Positions 60,610 through 64,000 of a stretch of 64,000 nucleotides of DNA are shown piece by piece (position 1 is the first letter of the stretch; every line of letters starts with the position of its first letter). The notes beneath the pieces are model-generated. The model was given only the letters and a program-made list of their open reading frames with translations, was not told the DNA's origin and did not search any database. The stretch is from Phoronis australis (lineage: Eukaryota; Animalia; Phoronida). The translations under genes and the position numbers were made by a program. The stretch spans positions 91,335 through 155,334 of the forward strand of contig NMRA01000220.1 in the NCBI GenBank assembly GCA_002633005.1, written 5' to 3'.

Positions 60610-62557
60610 CAATGTCGTCGGTCGTCAACGCCGGAAAACGGAGGCATCGTCAACAGGAATAGTTGCCAACATTCGACAATGAAAGAAAGAAACGCAAGGG
60701 AGAAATGCCCCATCAGCGGTGCAACACACGGAATCGTCCGACAAATGACCCATATCTTGATTCTGTATACATTCTAGCAAAGTCTTCTAGCGAGCATGTA
60801 CGAATGACAAGTGCACAGACTGTTGGATAGAGTGAAGGCCATTATGTTTCCCCAACGATAGTGAAAACGGAACCAAAGTTACTAGGACGTTGCCCAGCCG
60901 CTTAAGTCACTTTGTTCCACGCATTGTAAAAGCGCCCCAGCAGACTATAGAACACGGAAAACGTATTTTCAAGATAACCAGGGAACTATATATTTGACGT
61001 AACATTAAACACGCTTCGCTTGCTTTCCCTTTAATGCTTGTTTCCATAAGAGCAACTATATCGCGTTATGCGTGAGTAGGCTCTCCATGTTTCCATATAC
61101 CCGTAGAAAATGATTCGTTTTCGAAGATAACGTCATGGATACAAAGCTAACGTTAAACATTGACCACAGAAACATTTCCTCTGAGGAGGCAGTCAACACT
61201 TGTATGAACGTGGATTACTACATGAAGCTGAAGTTTTATTTTTCTGGCAAAGCAAAAACGTGTCCCTTACCAGTTGCCATTTGGACATCTGACTTGTTCA
61301 ATTGCCGCTGCAGTGTGATTCTTGGCAGTTTCAATTGCATGCCACGAATTGTACCATGGCACTTCAAAAGTCATCTCTGTCTGGTGGTTTGGTTATTAGC
61401 CCAGTTATGTTGCACACCCAACAAGATTAATGAGGAACCTGTTATTGCATCATTACACCAACATTTTTGATAGTAAAAGTCACATTCTTTGTCCTATTTT
61501 CAAAACGCTGATCACACGTGGTTTTCACGAGCTATTCAAATACGCTATTTACAAACTTTCAAAACGAAAATGTATGAATACCAATTTGTCGCCAATAGTG
61601 TGAGAGAATGACAGCATCAGCAGACCGAGGCGATTTAATTAACCACATCAGCACGGTGTCTTTGATCTGAACCTGCAAATTTTGTGGTGCGCAAACCGGT
61701 CGAGTTGTCCAATCTCGACCGGTTTGGGTGTCAACGTAGGATTCTTTTCATGTGGGAAATCCCGTCGCTGACGTCAAGAATACCCCCAGCTGTTATGCGT
61801 ATTCAATCGCTAAACAATCCGTTTCATATAAAAACAACGTATTACGCATTGCGCACAAATCGAGAGAAATCCTTTATTTAGTTGATAAACAATTTCAACG
61901 CGTTGGGCATAAACATCACGCTAATGCGACCTTTCATTACATTTGGGAACGGATAACGTCATTGTGGCCGGGATGAAGCTTTTAACACATTGTAGGAACT
62001 AATTAATTTATGTGTATTACCATTCAAGGCTACAGGATTGGTATTATATATTTTTACATAAGTTGTAATTGTACGGTCTCATCTCCCTCCACCGGCGGAT
62101 CTAGGATGCACTTGCTGGTATACTCTTGTGGTTTTTATTGCCACGACCAAATGTGTTGGTAGGGGCCACAGTACACGTCTGAGCCCGATGGGCCTAATTT
62201 TGCGTCTACTATTTCAACTTCTACTCAACAAATAGTACAAGTAAATAAAAAAACTCAAAGAAAAGGACTACCTTCATGTGGTAGGCCTGCGAAAACGGAT
62301 GATTTAAAAGTATTTGATTGTAGACTGGACACCTATCGGTGATAGAGGACTGTCTGCCGAACGCGCAACACTATCGAAGGCAAGAATAGTACTGGTTACA
62401 CTGTGCAACTGCAGTACAGTTGGCCGTGTATTATTATATCCTCCAGGTGCTAGGGAATTTAGAAACTGAAACTAATTTTTCAAGCGTCATCTTCATGGAT
62501 TCATTCTCCTGAAACCTCGAATATGGAACCTGGAACTTCAGACACGGTCCAAGGTTC

Positions 62558-62756
62558 CACGCATGCACCCAGCCTTCAATATGGGGGGCTCGAATTCTTG
62601 GCGATGTGGACCTTTTACTAACAAATTAGTCAGTCGACTAAAAAAAAATAGTACTACTAACGGAGCTGTACGTGCTGTGAATTGTGCGTTTGCACCTTTT
62701 TAGTGGACTTTTATCTCGTTTTCTCGGACTTTTTGTATCTCTGATGCGCGCGCATG
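62558..62756 (+). mobile_element. CATG-TIR MITE with internal deletion and candidate 5-bp TSD
   Basis: cacgcatgcacccagcc...gcgcgcgcatg, flanked on both sides by GGTTC. Confidence 0.7.
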
Positions 62757-64000
62757 GGTTCCAGTGATCTCATTGAAATGGATGCTAGCGGTAGTTCCAT
62801 CGCGGCCCTGTTGCAAACTTTTGCATTGCCGGGTAGCAATTGAGAAATTGGCCGCGATTTCAGGTACCCTGAAAAAAGCCAGATTTGCAAAAAAAACTAG
62901 TCGATTGACAGTACTTTTGAACCACATTTTTGGAATTGGTAGGAAATTTGCTTTCAGAATGTAGTGTTGGCTTTAATCGAGCATCTGCGGGGAAGTGGTG
63001 ATTTTGGGGTGAAAAGTGCCGATTTTGCAGTTTTTGCCTCTATTTTTCTTAGTCTAGATTGGTTTTCAATGGGAGTGAAAGGGTCAAAAATACAAGAGAG
63101 AATAAAGTTTCTGTGGTCATCTGTAGGGCTTGTGATGTGAAATGACTTACAACTTTTTTATTTGCATGCAGTTTTTGACATATTGAAGAAAGGGTGAAGA
63201 GTCCATTGACGTGTGTTCTGATAGGCAAACCCCTGTGAGAACTGTTCTTTGCCTCCATGGGCCAGGTTTGGCGGCAGTTTTGACGCATACATTCCTAGTA
63301 GGTTCAGTGGATCTGGTTCAAATTGTTCTTAATTGAAAGTATGTCGTGAATGAGAAAAGTCCACCAGGTCGGCTATGGATACACTTGTCTTCAAAAATGA
63401 GTGGCCCCTGTAGCAAAATTGAAATAAGTTTTGAAGCAGTTTGAGAGCTTTTTAGCAATGGGGAAGCGATCATACCTCCTCGGAGCCCCCAATGGTTGCG
63501 CTAGTATTATTAATCACAGGTGCAACAGGCCCGCAGTCAGCATTGCGCGGTAGTCGGTGGGCCAGATTTTGTAGGGCCTCTAGAAAATGGTTTTTGTGAG
63601 TACTTTAGGGGAGCAATTTTTTTTTTTGTGTTTTTTAATTCATTTATTAGAGTGTTTTCAAAATCTAAAAAGTTCCCACATATAAAGTTGCACATTTTTG
63701 AGAAATTTGAGTTTGAAGTTAACTAATAATCACCAAAGAGCTTAGTAAACTTATATTTGTAAAAACAACAGTTTTGGTGACTTTTTTTGTAAAACAAGTA
63801 ATATGGTCCCATCAGTGCCATTGTATTGAACAATATTACACTCACATTACATGTTTTACTATTGTAAAATTAACTGTAAACAGTTGAAATTTAAAAAACG
63901 TAAAGAGACACCTAGTGGCAAAAATGCAAACTAAGTCTGAATGTTACTAGGAAGACTTAGGAAGTTATTCTGGCATTGTCAGGCAACAAAAATAACACAA

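Noticed and set aside
61135-61470. 111-aa ORF on + and a minus-strand exon-like segment ending at a gtaagg donor (~61270)
   Set aside because: No recognisable domain or consistent partner exons in any frame; cannot be supported without a search.

Overview
Eukaryotic, intron-rich animal genomic DNA (AT-rich, three N gaps); gene content and repeats suggest a marine invertebrate, but the species cannot be fixed from sequence alone. I reconstructed three spliced genes by hand from GT-AG sites and frame continuity. (1) The last three coding exons of a ZNRF1/2-type RING E3 ligase (+, 1025-6880). (2) A complete neutral sphingomyelinase-2 (SMPD3-like) gene (-, 5 coding exons, 30225-18616, 484 aa). 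(3) A complete ZC3H3 gene (+, 12 coding exons, 32315-44364, 866 aa), head-to-head with the SMPD3 locus. The most striking item is a separate 62-aa single-pass membrane microprotein ORF (30515-30327) in the same apparent exon, 101 nt upstream of the SMPD3 start, which makes it a candidate bicistronic microprotein-nSMase2 unit. The second is a Helentron/HINE-like element family (about 7 copies or fragments) whose internal ~450-bp repeat is a trimer of ~150-bp subunits, most carrying a close CTCF-consensus match. Also present: MITEs, SINE relics, a THAP relic, foldback structures, and a 2.7-kb duplication of the ZC3H3 3' end across an assembly gap (probably an uncollapsed allele). All family assignments are from recall of known proteins and elements; no database searches were run.
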